A stretch of 63,988 bases of DNA, counting the filler, from Octopus bimaculoides (taxonomy: Eukaryota), in the NCBI RefSeq assembly GCF_001194135.2. It is 7 parts of 6 records of this genome, joined end to end, with 100 filler letters (N's around TTAATTAATTAA, not from the genome) between each part and the next. Parts side by side here need not be neighbours in the genome. Positions count along the whole stretch, not along the records: positions 1 to 29,391 come from NC_068983.1; positions 29,492 to 33,652 come from NC_068990.1; positions 33,753 to 36,564 come from NC_068994.1; positions 36,665 to 45,511 come from NC_069000.1; 3 more parts are not named here. One strand, given 5' to 3'. Below are positions 24,558 to 37,596 of this stretch, piece by piece (positions within the stretch are counted from its first letter, which is position 1; each line of letters starts with the position of its first letter). The notes below the pieces were generated by a model, which saw only the letters and a list, made by a program, of their open reading frames with translations, searched no databases and had not been told where the DNA came from. The position numbers and the translations under genes are program-made.

Positions 24558-25422
24558 ATTGTATGGAGTCAAAAGTTTTGCTTTATTTGGTTAAGTTACC
24601 TCCTTTATTCAGCAACTTACAACAAAAGTAGCATAGCATCCAAAGTAAAGGGCATCGTGTTGTACAGCATGAAGCCGCCTTTCTGCCAATTCTGTGAGCC
24701 CATACTGATACCAAGTCTTGTCAATCAAGGTGAAGAACTCCTTCACTGAAACTTCCACCTCTTCTAGATTAATGAAGCGTCGCGAACGCAGGAAGTGATC
24801 CTTGGATCAGAACAAGAAATAATATGGGGGAAATATTTTTCCGCAATTCTAACGTGCAATAATCAGTGGCTAATTAAGAGCCAGTGTCTGGAACCTTTCA
24901 CCAAAACAAGGCGTTTCGAACACAAGGTGTTGTTCAGGATCTGGTGGAATTATGGGGCGATAATTCAGTATGAACTTGTTCTGGACGGTGGATCCATCTA
25001 TGCCAAACTGTACTCCGAATAGCAAGAGAAGGTGTATGACATTGTGCGGCAAAAATACTCGATACCGTCTAACAGAGATCGCGCTTTCTGTTGAAAGACA
25101 ACACAATGACCCGGAATAAACTCCAGGAACTTGAGGGAGTCGAACTGATGCTATGCTCCGCATATAATCCCTATCTAACTCCATCAAATTGTTCTGATCT
25201 ATGGCACACTTCCTGCGCTCGCGACGCTTCATCAACCAGAAGGCGCTGGAAGTTTCAGAAGGACAAAGACAAGTATCAGCGTGGATTCGACGAACTGCAG
25301 AAAGGGGGCTTTAGATGGTGCAACATGTTGGCCACTACTTTGAATGAGAGGTTGCTTTGCTGTAACTTCACGAATAAAGTAAAGAAGTTACCAAAATATT
25401 GCAAACTTTTAACTCAACACAT
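24558..25422. mobile_element. Rearranged mariner with two 3' ends in inverted orientation
   Basis: 24558-24800 (minus) encodes HFLRSRRFINLEEVEVSVKEFF plus a 3' TIR. 24800-25422 (plus) encodes HKVLFRIWWN...AYNPYLTPS..HFLRSRRF plus the same 3' TIR. Confidence 0.7.
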
Positions 25423-25477
25423 TATTTGGTTTGAAATCGTATATGTTAGTTTTTGTCTATTAATATCTCTATTACTA

Positions 25478-25660
<183 letters not shown>

Positions 25661-26289
25661 GTATATAAGGCATATATATATATATATATATACGTATATT
25701 CTGTGTATGTATCATCTATTTTTTGGCTTTATATTTCATATTTTACTGTTTTACCATGACATTTCTCTCCACTGTGGTAATAATCACTATTATTGGTTAT
25801 GTCAATATTAGAAACCAACATTTTAATGCCAAGACGCAACTTGACTGATTTTACCAGAGTCAACGATATGATTGTTTCATACTACAGATTATTAATTTGT
25901 TTATATAGACACGACTTCAAATCAGAAATATAAGACGCACAAAGCATACCCACCATTCCCTGTCGTCTGTGTTTTCTTTTCAATAAAATAAATATTTATT
26001 TTAAGGAAATGATTATTATAGCAACGTATGAGAGGCTGTGTTCAATAATATACGTTACACAGAAAAACAAATACACTCACACACACACACATTTCCACAC
26101 TCACACACACAGAACCGCACATACACATACGTACACACAAACACACAGAAGCATGTATTTCCAAATTTCTTCTATCACCTGAAAATTTGTCCCTTAGAGG
26201 CCCATCAAATATGACGATAGACTAGAGAAATTCTTAAGCAAATATGCTAATATATCAACTGATCACTCTCCACGGAGGCTTACACGTGG

Positions 26290-26524
26290 CAGGAGAGAAC
26301 GCAAAGGAAATTCGAGCCTTATACACTCAACAAACTAACTATAGATCGCTAACCACTACACACATTTTATTTCTCTCCTTGTTTCTTTCTGTGTTCCTTT
26401 CTGTGGAAGAGCGTAGGCGCAAAACGTTAAATACTTTTTCAATTCCTGAGCCTTATACTAATACATCTATTTGTTCTCTACACCACCTGTCTTCCTCTGC
26501 TGTGTTTTTTTCGTGAATTCTCCC
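26290..26524 (+). mobile_element. Penelope-like pseudo-LTR remnant with decayed minimal hammerhead-like motif
   Basis: CTGTGGAA-GAGC-gtag-GCGC-AAAACGTTA at 26401-26429. The downstream part (ctaatacatc...tacaccacctgtc...ttctcc) recurs inverted at 51548-51620. Confidence 0.45.
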
Positions 26525-26543
26525 TATATATATATATATATAT

Positions 26544-26901
26544 AAAACAATTTAAGTATTCATACATGAAAGCGGTGACCTTTGACAGGACACGTTACAT
26601 GGTAGAAAAGGCAGTCACAACCCAAACCCCAAATGAAAGCAATTTCAGAGGGAATGAAAATGAAAAAAATATTTCTCTAGCTACCCTACCGACCTCACTG
26701 ATGAAGTACAGATGACAATTTAATTTATTTGCTCATTAATACGGAAACTCGAGTCTCTGGGTAACTGGGAAAATATTTTTTATTTTCATTCCCTTTGAAA
26801 TGTTTTTTATTCATGGTTTGGGCTTTGACTGCCCTTTCTAGCATGTAAGGTATCCTGACAAAGGCCACTTCTTTCGTGTATAAATATTTAAATTGTTTGT
26901 A
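26544..26901. mobile_element. Foldback/MITE-like element with ~145-bp inverted arms
   Basis: 26544-26685 aligns along its length to the reverse complement of 26760-26901 (imperfect); ~75-bp spacer; left side abuts (TA)n. Confidence 0.8.
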
Positions 26902-29325
26902 CACTATTATATGTTGTCTATTGACTTTCTTACGCATGCTAGCCACCGGTATGAAAATTATTCTAAATGTTCTACCCTTATAAATGTATGTGAATGTATG
27001 TGTGTTTGTAAGTATGTGAATATATGTATTTATACACATACACACAAGACATTCTACTTAATGTGGGGATTATGAAAAAAAAAAGCGTAGTTCGTTCCAG
27101 TATTGTTTTTAGAAGTCGATATTTGAGTGAAGCTTATCCTTTGCGCATTTTGTCCAGACAGCAACAAAGAAACTAATAGTAACGTGTAGTTCCGAGGTGG
27201 GTGCTGAAATGTTCCTGGCTTTAATGCTGTCACGAAAGGCTTGGCTGGAGGCCCAACTTTCCGAGTTCTTTTACGGGGCTTAGAAAAACTAAAGGACCGC
27301 TTCAATAAGTGTGTGAATCTAAGCGTGGAATATGTTGAACAAAATCATAATTAACTGAACGTTTTGTATTTTCTTTTACCCAAAACCAGGAACTTTTCAG
27401 CAAATAACTTCTCAATGAAAATTTTATTTGATTATAAAATTACTTAGTTCTCACTATTAGTAACCCATACATAGAATGACTTGTTTTCCCTCTCTTTGTT
27501 AACTAATTACGTTTACTATAACTATTAGTCATATACTAGAACTAATTCACTAATTTTGTTTACTATTACTATTAGCATACCTCCATCTACATCTCTAAAT
27601 ATAAACCGATTCCACTATCTCTATGTTTCTATTTTAAAGATGTTTTGTTTGCCTAATTTATTCCAAACTGAAGCAAATGCATTATTTTTTACAGGTACCA
27701 CCATAGAATAGTTCTAAAACAACTCATATTACAGACAAAGCTAGCATATAATACGAGAAAGCATTTGCTAATTTGAATTTTGCTTCTCACATCACTTAAA
27801 CATTTTAAACCACTGTTGTAACGAACTTCAAAAACTCATTAGTGTTCACCGATTAATTAACTAAGCAACGCTGTTTTCTCAATCGTATCACGTTCATTTA
27901 GAAAATTAATCTATTTAACCTCACAATTCAGAAATTAACTTTCCAGATCAAAAATCCCTATTATAACCGTAAAAATCTAGAAGTGATAACATTCACAAGA
28001 ACTAAAATCGAATAAAAGAATAATCACTATTTTAAAAGTGTTATAGCTGAAAGAGACTCACGACCCATTCGAGTTTAATCAATATACGAATTGGTATGCG
28101 AAGTCAGATAATAATAATAACAGTGAGTTAATCTACAATTCACACCTTTAATAAACATAATTATATTTTGTCATATGAACGCAGGTTGACGTAAAATGCA
28201 AGTTAACATTTCAACATTCTCCTTTTTTTTTTTTGGCTAATATCAAATAAAAATTATATAATTTCAAAATATGCTGAAAAATATATAGAATTTTCTTTCG
28301 GCTGCAGAAAATTACAATAACGCACTGAGAAAATATGTGGCGATTAGGATACTGTTAGAAATACATATTACTCAAATGAGAAATGATTGGAAGTAGACTG
28401 TTCTCGATTAGAAGTAGCAATGTTTCTTCTTTACTTGGTTTACGGATATGTTTACAAAGGAAACAAATAATTTCATGTAAAGTATTTCAGCATCATGTGC
28501 ACAACTCAGAGCATTAGCATTTCTGTAGTAAAAAAGCAGCCGATTATTTCAAACATGAGAAAATATACAAAAATATATCTTTCATTAGAAGTATCATGTT
28601 GTTTAGAAACTTAGTGAACAACTATTTTACACTAGTAAAGTGAAATGAATGTGAAAACATAGGCTTCTATACAACGTGAACTGTCATTATTATGATTAAT
28701 TATACTTGGTTAGAGGTAATTAAACATGAGTATAAGACGCTGACTACTTGGTGGGTATAATTATAGCTATTCATATAATGAAAGACGTAAAGAGTTGGTG
28801 CGAGAGGAAAAGAATTTAGGTATATGTATACGGCAGTATATATTGGCATTTATATGTCAGTGTATATAAATATATACGCATGTATGTAAATATATAAGTA
28901 TACATTCTTGGAAGATTAGCATCCGTATTTCGAGGTTCCATTTTTACAGTTCATTTATGGAATATATGTTAGTATTACTTTGGTGGTTCCCTTTGTTTGC
29001 TGAAAGATACCTTTTTTGCCTATGCTGGATATTGCTTCTTTTACAAAAGTATTTCGAGGGAGAGAATCAAAATAAAATACTGTGTCATACGCAGAGATTT
29101 GGTGATATAGGGACACAAAAGAGGACAAATCATCATCATTTCACTTCTTTAATCTAATTGATCTTCTGTTCCAATTATAGAACAACAGATAATAACATTC
29201 AAAATGATAGCGAGAAAGAAATGGAAAACAGGAATATAATCAGCATCTGAAATTGGCATCTATAATTTAGTCTATTAGGAGTAACTAATGGGATATGTGT
29301 GTATGCACACACACGCGCGCGCATT

Positions 29326-29391
<66 letters not shown>

Positions 29392-29435
29392 NNNNNNNNN
29401 NNNNNNNNNNNNNNNNNNNNNNNNNNNNNNNNNNN

Positions 29436-29447
29436 TTAATTAATTAA
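29436..29447. other. Scaffolding spacer TTAATTAATTAA centred in a 100-bp gap (also 33697, 36609, 45556, 57601, 61564)
   Basis: Identical 44N + 12 nt + 44N layout six times; assembly artefact. Confidence 0.95.
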
Positions 29448-29491
29448 NNNNNNNNNNNNNNNNNNNNNNNNNNNNNNNNNNNNNNNNNNNN

Positions 29492-29570
29492 CAGCACATA
29501 CCCAAGGCGCACAGAGCTGCGCTCGGTAGTGAAGAGAAAGCACGTTATAAAAATAAAACTACTGAACAAC

Positions 29571-29635
<65 letters not shown>

Positions 29636-29650
29636 TAATAATAATAATGT
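29492..29650 (+). mobile_element. R4/Dong-like 3' UTR with (TAA)n tail
   Basis: cagcacatacccaaggcgcacagagctgcgctcgg...aaaactactga matches the minus-strand copy at ~57190-57270. Confidence 0.85.
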
Positions 29651-29699
29651 TGATGAGAAGGATGTTGTTAATAATAGCAGAAATGTAAATGATTTCAGG

Positions 29700-29880
29700 A
29701 AATTTCGTGTGAGGATGTTAATCGATCGATCGGTCCCAGTCTTCAGTTGGTACTTACTTTATCGACCTCGGGAGAATGAGAAGCAAAGTCATCTTCAGCA
29801 AATTTGAACTCAGAATGTAAAGTGCCGGAAGAAATGCAGTTGAGCTTTGTGTCCGACGCGCAAAGGATTCTGCTAGGAAT
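29700..29880 (-). mobile_element. SINE family 1
   Basis: Inverted core ttggtacttactttatcgacc and B-box-like atttgaactcagaa. Confidence 0.7.
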
Positions 29881-30621
29881 AATTACTATGCCAAAACGAC
29901 AACAAGGGCACAAACAACAACAACAACGACAACAACATAATAGCCACATTAAAATTATCATAGGTTGTATTGAGGTTAAATTCATTGTCGTAGTTATAAT
30001 CTCAATATTAAATTACGAATATGACATTAGCCAAAAGAGAGAGGGTAAAGAAAGAAAGCGATAATGTCGGCAATGATGATGATGAATTGAGAAAAACAGG
30101 ATGATGATGATAATAGTGATGTTACTATAATGGTGATGGTGATGGTGGCGATGAAAACGAATTTAATATAAAGGAAAATGAAAGAAGGCCAATCAATACC
30201 ACTTGGTAGCTGTCAGCCAGCCATTTCGACAGTTCCAGGTAATTTGTCATATAGATTTCAAGACTTTTAGATCTACTCACTCCAATCATTCTATTCTGAA
30301 ATATACTTGCATATAAAATATCTGTGTGTATATACATAGGTTTATACACATAAACACACACACACACACATAGATACATACAGACACACACACATGTACA
30401 CATATATATATATATACACAGACATATATATACGCACACACACATATTTACGCAGAGACATATAATGCTCCAATGTCTGATGACTATGAAAAAAAAAATC
30501 AATTTTTACATAAGACACTCATTGAATACATTTTATATAAAATGTGTATATCTGCTTCTTTTAAAAAAAATATATATTAACGACATTTTCTAGACTGATA
30601 TTTAAAGTTGCTGTTATTGTT

Positions 30622-30672
<51 letters not shown>

Positions 30673-30694
30673 ATTGTTTTTGTTGTTATTATTA

Positions 30695-30885
30695 AGGTAG
30701 TGAGCTAGCAGAATCATTAGCGAATCGGACAAGACTCTTAACTTTCTGAGTTCAAATAACGTCGAGGTCAACCTTGTCTTACACTCTTTACGGATCGATA
30801 AAATAAAGTATGAGTCAAGTACTGTGGTCAATGTAATCGATTGTCCCCGTCCTGCAAATATTTCAGGCCTTGTGCCTATATCAGT
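30695..30885 (+). mobile_element. SINE family 1
   Basis: aaggtagtgagctagcagaatcattagc...gagttcaaat...caggccttgtgccta. Confidence 0.8.
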
Positions 30886-32327
30886 AACAAAACAGAACAG
30901 TTATTAGCATTGTGCATAAGTCACTTCAGCTCTCGAAGGTTTCTAGATTCTGTTGAAACTGATTTGTTTTCTGTCATAAATTAAAAAAAAACTATAGGTA
31001 AAGACCCCCTTCATGAAAACGGGGAATGCAAAATTGTACCCTCTTGGGCGCAGTCTTTGTAATATTTATTTTCTTTCTTTTGTTTTTTTTTCTTGTTTGG
31101 AATTATGGTATCGGTAACGCCCACAGTCAGATTCAACAAGGAGGTAACAGGAAAATCTCATACTACTACCAGTTCCACAAGAAAGCATTCACACGCGAAC
31201 AACATCAACAATAACAATAGCAGCAATAAGTACAACAATAACGTCAACAATGACTGAAATAGTAGCGATAATAGTAAGGGCAATGTTTCTAACAACATAA
31301 GCAACAATGACCCCACCAGCAGCAACATCAACAACAAGAACAACACCAATAATACAACAGCAACAGAACCAGTAGTAACATTAACAGCAACAACAGCAAT
31401 AACCACAGCAAAACCACCAGTAATAGTAGCAGTAAAACTAACCAACATCAACAACAAAAACAAGAATAACGACAACAAAGCGGTGGTTGCAAAATCAACA
31501 CAAACACCTTGCTCACACTAAGCGTGAAGAAGGTAAGCTTGATATAGACGAAACAGCTTACAAAAGTGAATTGAAGGAGAGCACAAATTGACATCCCAGC
31601 TGCTCGAAGAAGGTGGAGTATCGCTTCATGTTAGATAACATTCATGTCCTAGAGCAGCAACATACGCCTGTGTGGAAAGAGTTCTCCAAGAAATATGGAC
31701 AGATATAGAACCTGTGATTAAGATAAAGCACATCAGGAACATCGAGACTCTCTTCAAGAGCGAAGACCTCGCACTGAAGCATTCCATAGTTCCCATGTGT
31801 GAAGCATTCCATAGTTCCCATATGTGACACAGTTCCTCTTCCAAACATATTTAGCTAGTGTCGTTAAAATCCTTTCTCTTTGGTTGGGCATCTGGTGGTT
31901 GTTAGCCTGTGTTGCCTTGTAGAACAGTGACACTCTCCTCTGAAGGACTGACATTCTCCGCTGGATGTGAGTACACCCCATTGATACATGTTCTCACCAG
32001 CCACTGGTGGAATGAATTTCGTCTCCATCCGATATATTTTCTGTTTTTAAACATAGCATATATATAAGTGATATCATCCCCGGACGAATACCGCATTAAA
32101 CTTGTCATAATGTACATATATTTAGCCTACGTTGCTATTTTAATCAAATACTCCATATATATAAACATATGTGTGTGTGTATCTGCGCGCGTACGCACAC
32201 GTAGAAGGAGCCGCTGGTTATTGAAAATCTGTCTCATCTGAATCATGAAAGCATGGAAAAATAGACGTTTAAACGATGATATATATATCAAATTGCAAAT
32301 GCTTATTACATTTAAATAATAATAATG

Positions 32328-32401
<74 letters not shown>

Positions 32402-32699
32402 TATTATAATAATGGTAAACAGAGTTTAAGGAAACTGATGATGTTTGTCTCAGTATATATCATATTGTGAATTTGGTGAGTTTGGAAAAGCTCATGCTTT
32501 GGAAAGTAGAGAACTGACTTCTTGGAATTTATTCTTTTGTCATCATCAAGACTTAGATATTGATGTCTCGAGTCCCAGAACTCAGGGTACACGCACACCC
32601 ACACACACAGATATATATATATTGGCAATGGTTCTACAATATGTAAACAACTCCCAAACTATAAAAAATACAGAACATCACTAACATAACATCTAACGT

Positions 32700-33240
32700 A
32701 TCGCAAGGGGATTAGCCCATTCTATGATACAGATTGTCTCAATGTGACATATTTGCAACTGGAAGAGGTTGAAAAAACTCCAACAGCCTAGAATGAAGGC
32801 GGGAAAGATATGCAGTGAAATAGAACTGTAAAATTCAGGAAAGACTTATACGCTGAAAGTTTCACAACCAATAGAAGGGGCGCCAATGCATAACGCCAAA
32901 TATCTCAACTGTGCATTTAGGATACGGGACCAGATGTTGCAACAGTTTGGGTTTCAAGGGCCTTCAGTATCGTCCCCCCAAAACTTTAGAGACATACATG
33001 GGGCAACTGTAGGTGTCTTCAAAACAAAACTCGATTTCCTCTCGTCAAGAGTTCTGGATGGACCTAAATTGCTGTAGGAAATGTAGATGAGGGCAGGAAC
33101 ATCAAACTCCCTCATTCATCAAATGCCACGTACGTCAGAGGTCAGAGGTCTCAAGTAGTGAAAGTGTAGCAAAGTGAACGGCGGTACCCTAGCATGGCCG
33201 CAGCTCTTGAGCTGAAACTAGTAAGAAGAAAAAGAAAAAA
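32700..33240 (+). mobile_element. CR1-group LINE 3' end
   Basis: W.RLKKL..LE*RRERYA, LGFQGP...P.N.RD.HG..VGVFKTKLDFL.S.V.D.P, ASNSL.HQ remnants; A-rich tail at 33225-33240. Confidence 0.75.
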
Positions 33241-33884
33241 TACCTTTCAATATTCACAGTGAATAATTTGGTGATGTATAAATGACAAGAACTGAGTGAG
33301 AAAATTTCAGTTATGCAACGTAACGAATATGAAATAAAGCATACTTTATAGGAATACGATGCTTACCTTAATGTGAAATAAACTTGAGATTACATTCTAA
33401 TATTTCAATGATACGATATAAGGCATTGTTGAACGCTATTTATGGGTTTATATTTTGGTGGCACATGAAGAAATGTGGTGAGATTCATGCCTCTTTAAAG
33501 GAGATGAGTGACAAAACATTCATACAAAATGCTCTCACCTTAAGAAGTATGATTGCCACTATCACCATTACACTACATATTCCAGTCGATACATATATAT
33601 GTATATATATGTGTGTATATATGTATCTATCTATTTCTCTCTCTCTCTCTCTNNNNNNNNNNNNNNNNNNNNNNNNNNNNNNNNNNNNNNNNNNNNTTAA
33701 TTAATTAANNNNNNNNNNNNNNNNNNNNNNNNNNNNNNNNNNNNNNNNNNNNGGACTCTTTGGAGCACTTCTCACTCTTCATTTAGCGACTGTGACATGT
33801 CCCCAACAGGCAGAGATAATTTCAATAATTAATGAAGATTTATTCAGCTTATGTAACGAATGTAAAATCAAACAAAATAATAAT

Positions 33885-34100
33885 TTCTGGTTTGGGTCCC
33901 AGGCCGACAATTTTGAGGGAAAGGGGTAGTCATTACCATTGATCACCAACTGTTTGACTTCTACTTCATCTTACTGACCCCAAAAGAATGAAAAGCAAAA
34001 ATGACTTTAGTGGGATTTGAACTCAGATTGTAAAAACTGAGAAGAAACACCACAAGGCATCCTTCTTCTGAGGCTGTAATAATTCAGCCAAGCCACAGAT
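33885..34100 (-). mobile_element. SINE family 1, diverged
   Basis: gaccccaaaagaatgaaaagcaaa...gatttgaactcag matches the inverted family-1 body. Confidence 0.6.
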
Positions 34101-34399
34101 ATGAAATAGTGTTCACAATGATATATAGACACAATATATATATATATACATATGTGTGTGTGTGTGTGTGTGTGTTATAATTCAATAATTCAACGACAAG
34201 CACACTTTTTCCAGAAATTTATATTTATTTTAAACCTATTTCTCCACATTCCATTCTTGACACAGACAAAACAATCAACCGTCACCAATCCATGTAAGCT
34301 GCTTTGCCTTCCTTTAATGTGTTTGTCAGGACATTGGAAAAGGACCTGACATAACAGAAACAAAAACTGCTTCCTGTTATGCATAGCCATTAACATCAC

Positions 34400-34600
34400 A
34401 TGAGCAATTAGCATCAAAACTTTAGCACTTCCTGAATAATCAGTGCCAAAAACATTAGCATCGTGTGAGCAATTAGCATTGAAATATTAGCACTACTTGA
34501 ACAATTAGCATTAAACAATTAGCTCTACACAAGCAATTGACATCAAAATTTCAGTATTGTGGAAACAATTAGCATCAAAACATGAATAATTAGCATCACA
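34400..34600. repeat. Degenerate minisatellite of (C)AATTAGCAT units
   Basis: Nine TTAGC cores in ~200 bp with an apparent ~64-bp higher-order period. Confidence 0.7.
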
Positions 34601-34879
34601 TTTGCATATTGTTTCTTTTTCTACAATATAATGCCAGTTAGATAGTCATACAGATTACATCTCTTCAAGGACCACAAAAGAAGCTCTAGGTAACTATTAG
34701 TAACAGTTAGCACTGTTTTACACTTCCTATAAATATGACTCTATATTTTACCTTGAGCACTCTACAGAGACCTTATTTATATAATGTGTGCGTGTGCATG
34801 TGTATACATATATACAAGTACTATGTGTATATATAGAAAGAGAAAGAAGTAGGTAGACAGATGCACACACACATACACA

Positions 34880-35043
34880 TCATCATCATCACCATCATCG
34901 TCATCGCCGTATAATGTCCGCTTTCTCCGCTGGCATCGGCAGGACAGTTTGACCAAGAACTGGCAAGCTAGGAGGCTGCACCAGGCTCCAATATGATTTG
35001 GTAATTTTTCTACAGCTTGATGCCCTTCCTAATGCCAACCACT

Positions 35044-35045
<2 letters not shown>
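34880..35045 (-). mobile_element. (GAT)n-tailed retroposon 3' end, probably RTE-related; fragments also at ~225-265 and 44740-44870
   Basis: Shared gctggcat..gg and tac.gc.tgatgcccttcctaatgccaa.cact motifs next to (CAT)n. Confidence 0.5.
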
Positions 35046-35078
<33 letters not shown>

Positions 35079-35199
35079 CATGTATGCAAAGCGGTTCCTA
35101 CTCAAAGCATCTACACAGAGTGTATAATTCCTGATACTCAGTTGCCTGGTGATCAGCAATGATAAGCTCTGAATAATCACTCAAATAGACTCAGCTTTT

Positions 35200-35287
35200 A
35201 ATAAATATTATTTAATTTTATCTCATCGTACTGAGTATTTTCTTTCACTTAATTGCAATTGCACTCCAATGTGATACTGCTGTCCTT

Positions 35288-35331
<44 letters not shown>

Positions 35332-35583
35332 CATAAATACACACACACACACACACATATATATATACATATGCATAGACAGACAGATATATAGATACAC
35401 ATGCACATATATACATACATAAACACACAAGCATATATATGCATTTATATATATAATGTGTACATATTACATAGACATGAATATACAAAATGTATGTGTG
35501 TGTGTATATATATGTACGTATGTATCTTAGAACTAAAAACCATATATATACATATGTACATACACATTGACATACACACTCAC

Positions 35584-35615
<32 letters not shown>

Positions 35616-35989
35616 GCTAACATATATGAATTTTATACATTTATACTCACACACACACATACATATAACTTTATGTGATATTTATTGGAGTGTGGGGTGG
35701 GGTGGGGGGGTGTCTGCTTATGATGCTGTTTTATAGCATCTTCTATAACAACCAAAGTTTATGATTATCTTTATGAGTGCGTATATACATGTATGACCTT
35801 ATCACTGCGTGTGTGTATGTTGCCTTATCATTGTATCTCTACGTATGACCTTACGACTGCGTGTACGGAAATGTGTGTACGGAGGTGTGTGTAAATACAA
35901 TGCGCATGGCTGCATGTGGGAGGATTTACCAGTTCCCCTACAACCACCACCACCACCACCACCAATACAACCATCGCTAATACCACAGA

Positions 35990-36022
<33 letters not shown>

Positions 36023-36218
36023 AAGCGCTGCTGCTGTTGCTGCTGATGTTCGGAACATTCCTTGTAATTATGTTTTTATGTGAGGATGTCTTAAATATCA
36101 GGTTCACGTTGATTTGGCGTTTATGTATCTATGCATATATATACTTACATACATACATATATATATATATATATGTATGTGTGTGTAATGTATATGTATA
36201 CACACACACACACACACA

Positions 36219-36275
<57 letters not shown>

Positions 36276-36290
36276 GTATGTATGCATGTA

Positions 36291-36321
<31 letters not shown>

Positions 36322-36480
36322 GTATGTATATATGCATGTATTCATACACATATATGTGTGTGTGTATGTGTATATAAATATATATAGCTGTATATATGTG
36401 TGTGTATATATACAGACAGACATAGATACACAAACGTGTGTGTGTGTGTGTTATAAGCTTCTTTATGTTTCAAAGTGTGT
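35200..36480. repeat. Extended (TA)/(CA)/(TATG) simple-sequence block
   Basis: Direct sequence; source of the Y/I/C/V-rich ORFs. Confidence 0.9.
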
Positions 36481-37596
36481 TTAATTGCTGCACCCCCCCC
36501 CTACACCCCACCACACATCCACATAATTACATTACACTATAATAACACTAACCCACCACCCTACNNNNNNNNNNNNNNNNNNNNNNNNNNNNNNNNNNNN
36601 NNNNNNNNTTAATTAATTAANNNNNNNNNNNNNNNNNNNNNNNNNNNNNNNNNNNNNNNNNNNNATAATGTGTGTGTGTGTGTGTGTGTGTGTGCGTGCG
36701 TGCGTGTGTGTGTGTGTGTGAGAGAGTGCGCGAGTGAGTGTATGTGTATGTTTTATTTTTCTTCCTTCTTCTTTTTTTCTGTGTTTTCCCTTTGTTTCTT
36801 TTCTCTTCTCTCTTCAGCCTCTTTCGTTTTCCAGCCTGGTAAAAGGAAAATAGATAAAAATCAAAATTAGATAAACAAGTAAATAACCCTCGTTCCATCC
36901 TGCTCAATGTTCTACAAAAATATGTCATACACATAAAAAAATGTCATACGTATAAAATATCAAAAATACATTTAAAGGTTCTCTGCCACATACTTATAAA
37001 TCGTATTTTGTATTTGGAGGCATTCTTTCATATAGTTGTTGTACGAAAGTTTTCTCGTTAGCTCGGTGTACGATAGAGATTTGGTTCCGTGTGGTTAAGA
37101 CATAAAATATGCGCTGTTTCTACGAATATGTTAGAATCCACAATGTATTCTAGTGTGTGGGAGACTGTAGATAAACACGTTCTCTGTATTCGAACATGTT
37201 TGCATTTGTTCATTAAACAATGCGGCATCTATACTTTGACACGAAATATAAAAGACATACTTAAACTAGTTAACGGGGAGATAAATTATCACCAGCTATA
37301 TTACTTTACGTCTCCGTAAATTGGAGATAATTTTACACTCGTAGGCCTTTTACCTATAAGTTTCATACCAGGAGTTGAGGTACTCCGGCAATCATAAGAA
37401 AATATTGAAAGAAATTACACGGTGTGGGTTCTTTGCCACTAAAAGTCTGAAAGTGTTAATTTTGCTTTGCTGATCTTAAGCTATGGTAAAAAATACTTGA
37501 ATGTGCACACACACACGACTACACAAGATTTTAAAATCATCTCCCAACCGCATTCCTCACATCTCCATTCAACCCCGCCTTCACCCTGGCTTCAAC

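Noticed and set aside
27054-27305. 83-aa basic ORF in a GC-richer patch
   Set aside because: TTG start and no domain or splice support; left unassigned.
31480-31540. Strong-looking donor GAAG|GTAAGC
   Set aside because: Upstream sequence is (CAA) low complexity with no plausible acceptor.
34400-34600. CRISPR-like interpretation of short repeat arrays (also the 22-38 bp duplications)
   Set aside because: Repeats are degenerate or directly adjacent, without unique equal-length spacers; eukaryotic context, no cas genes.
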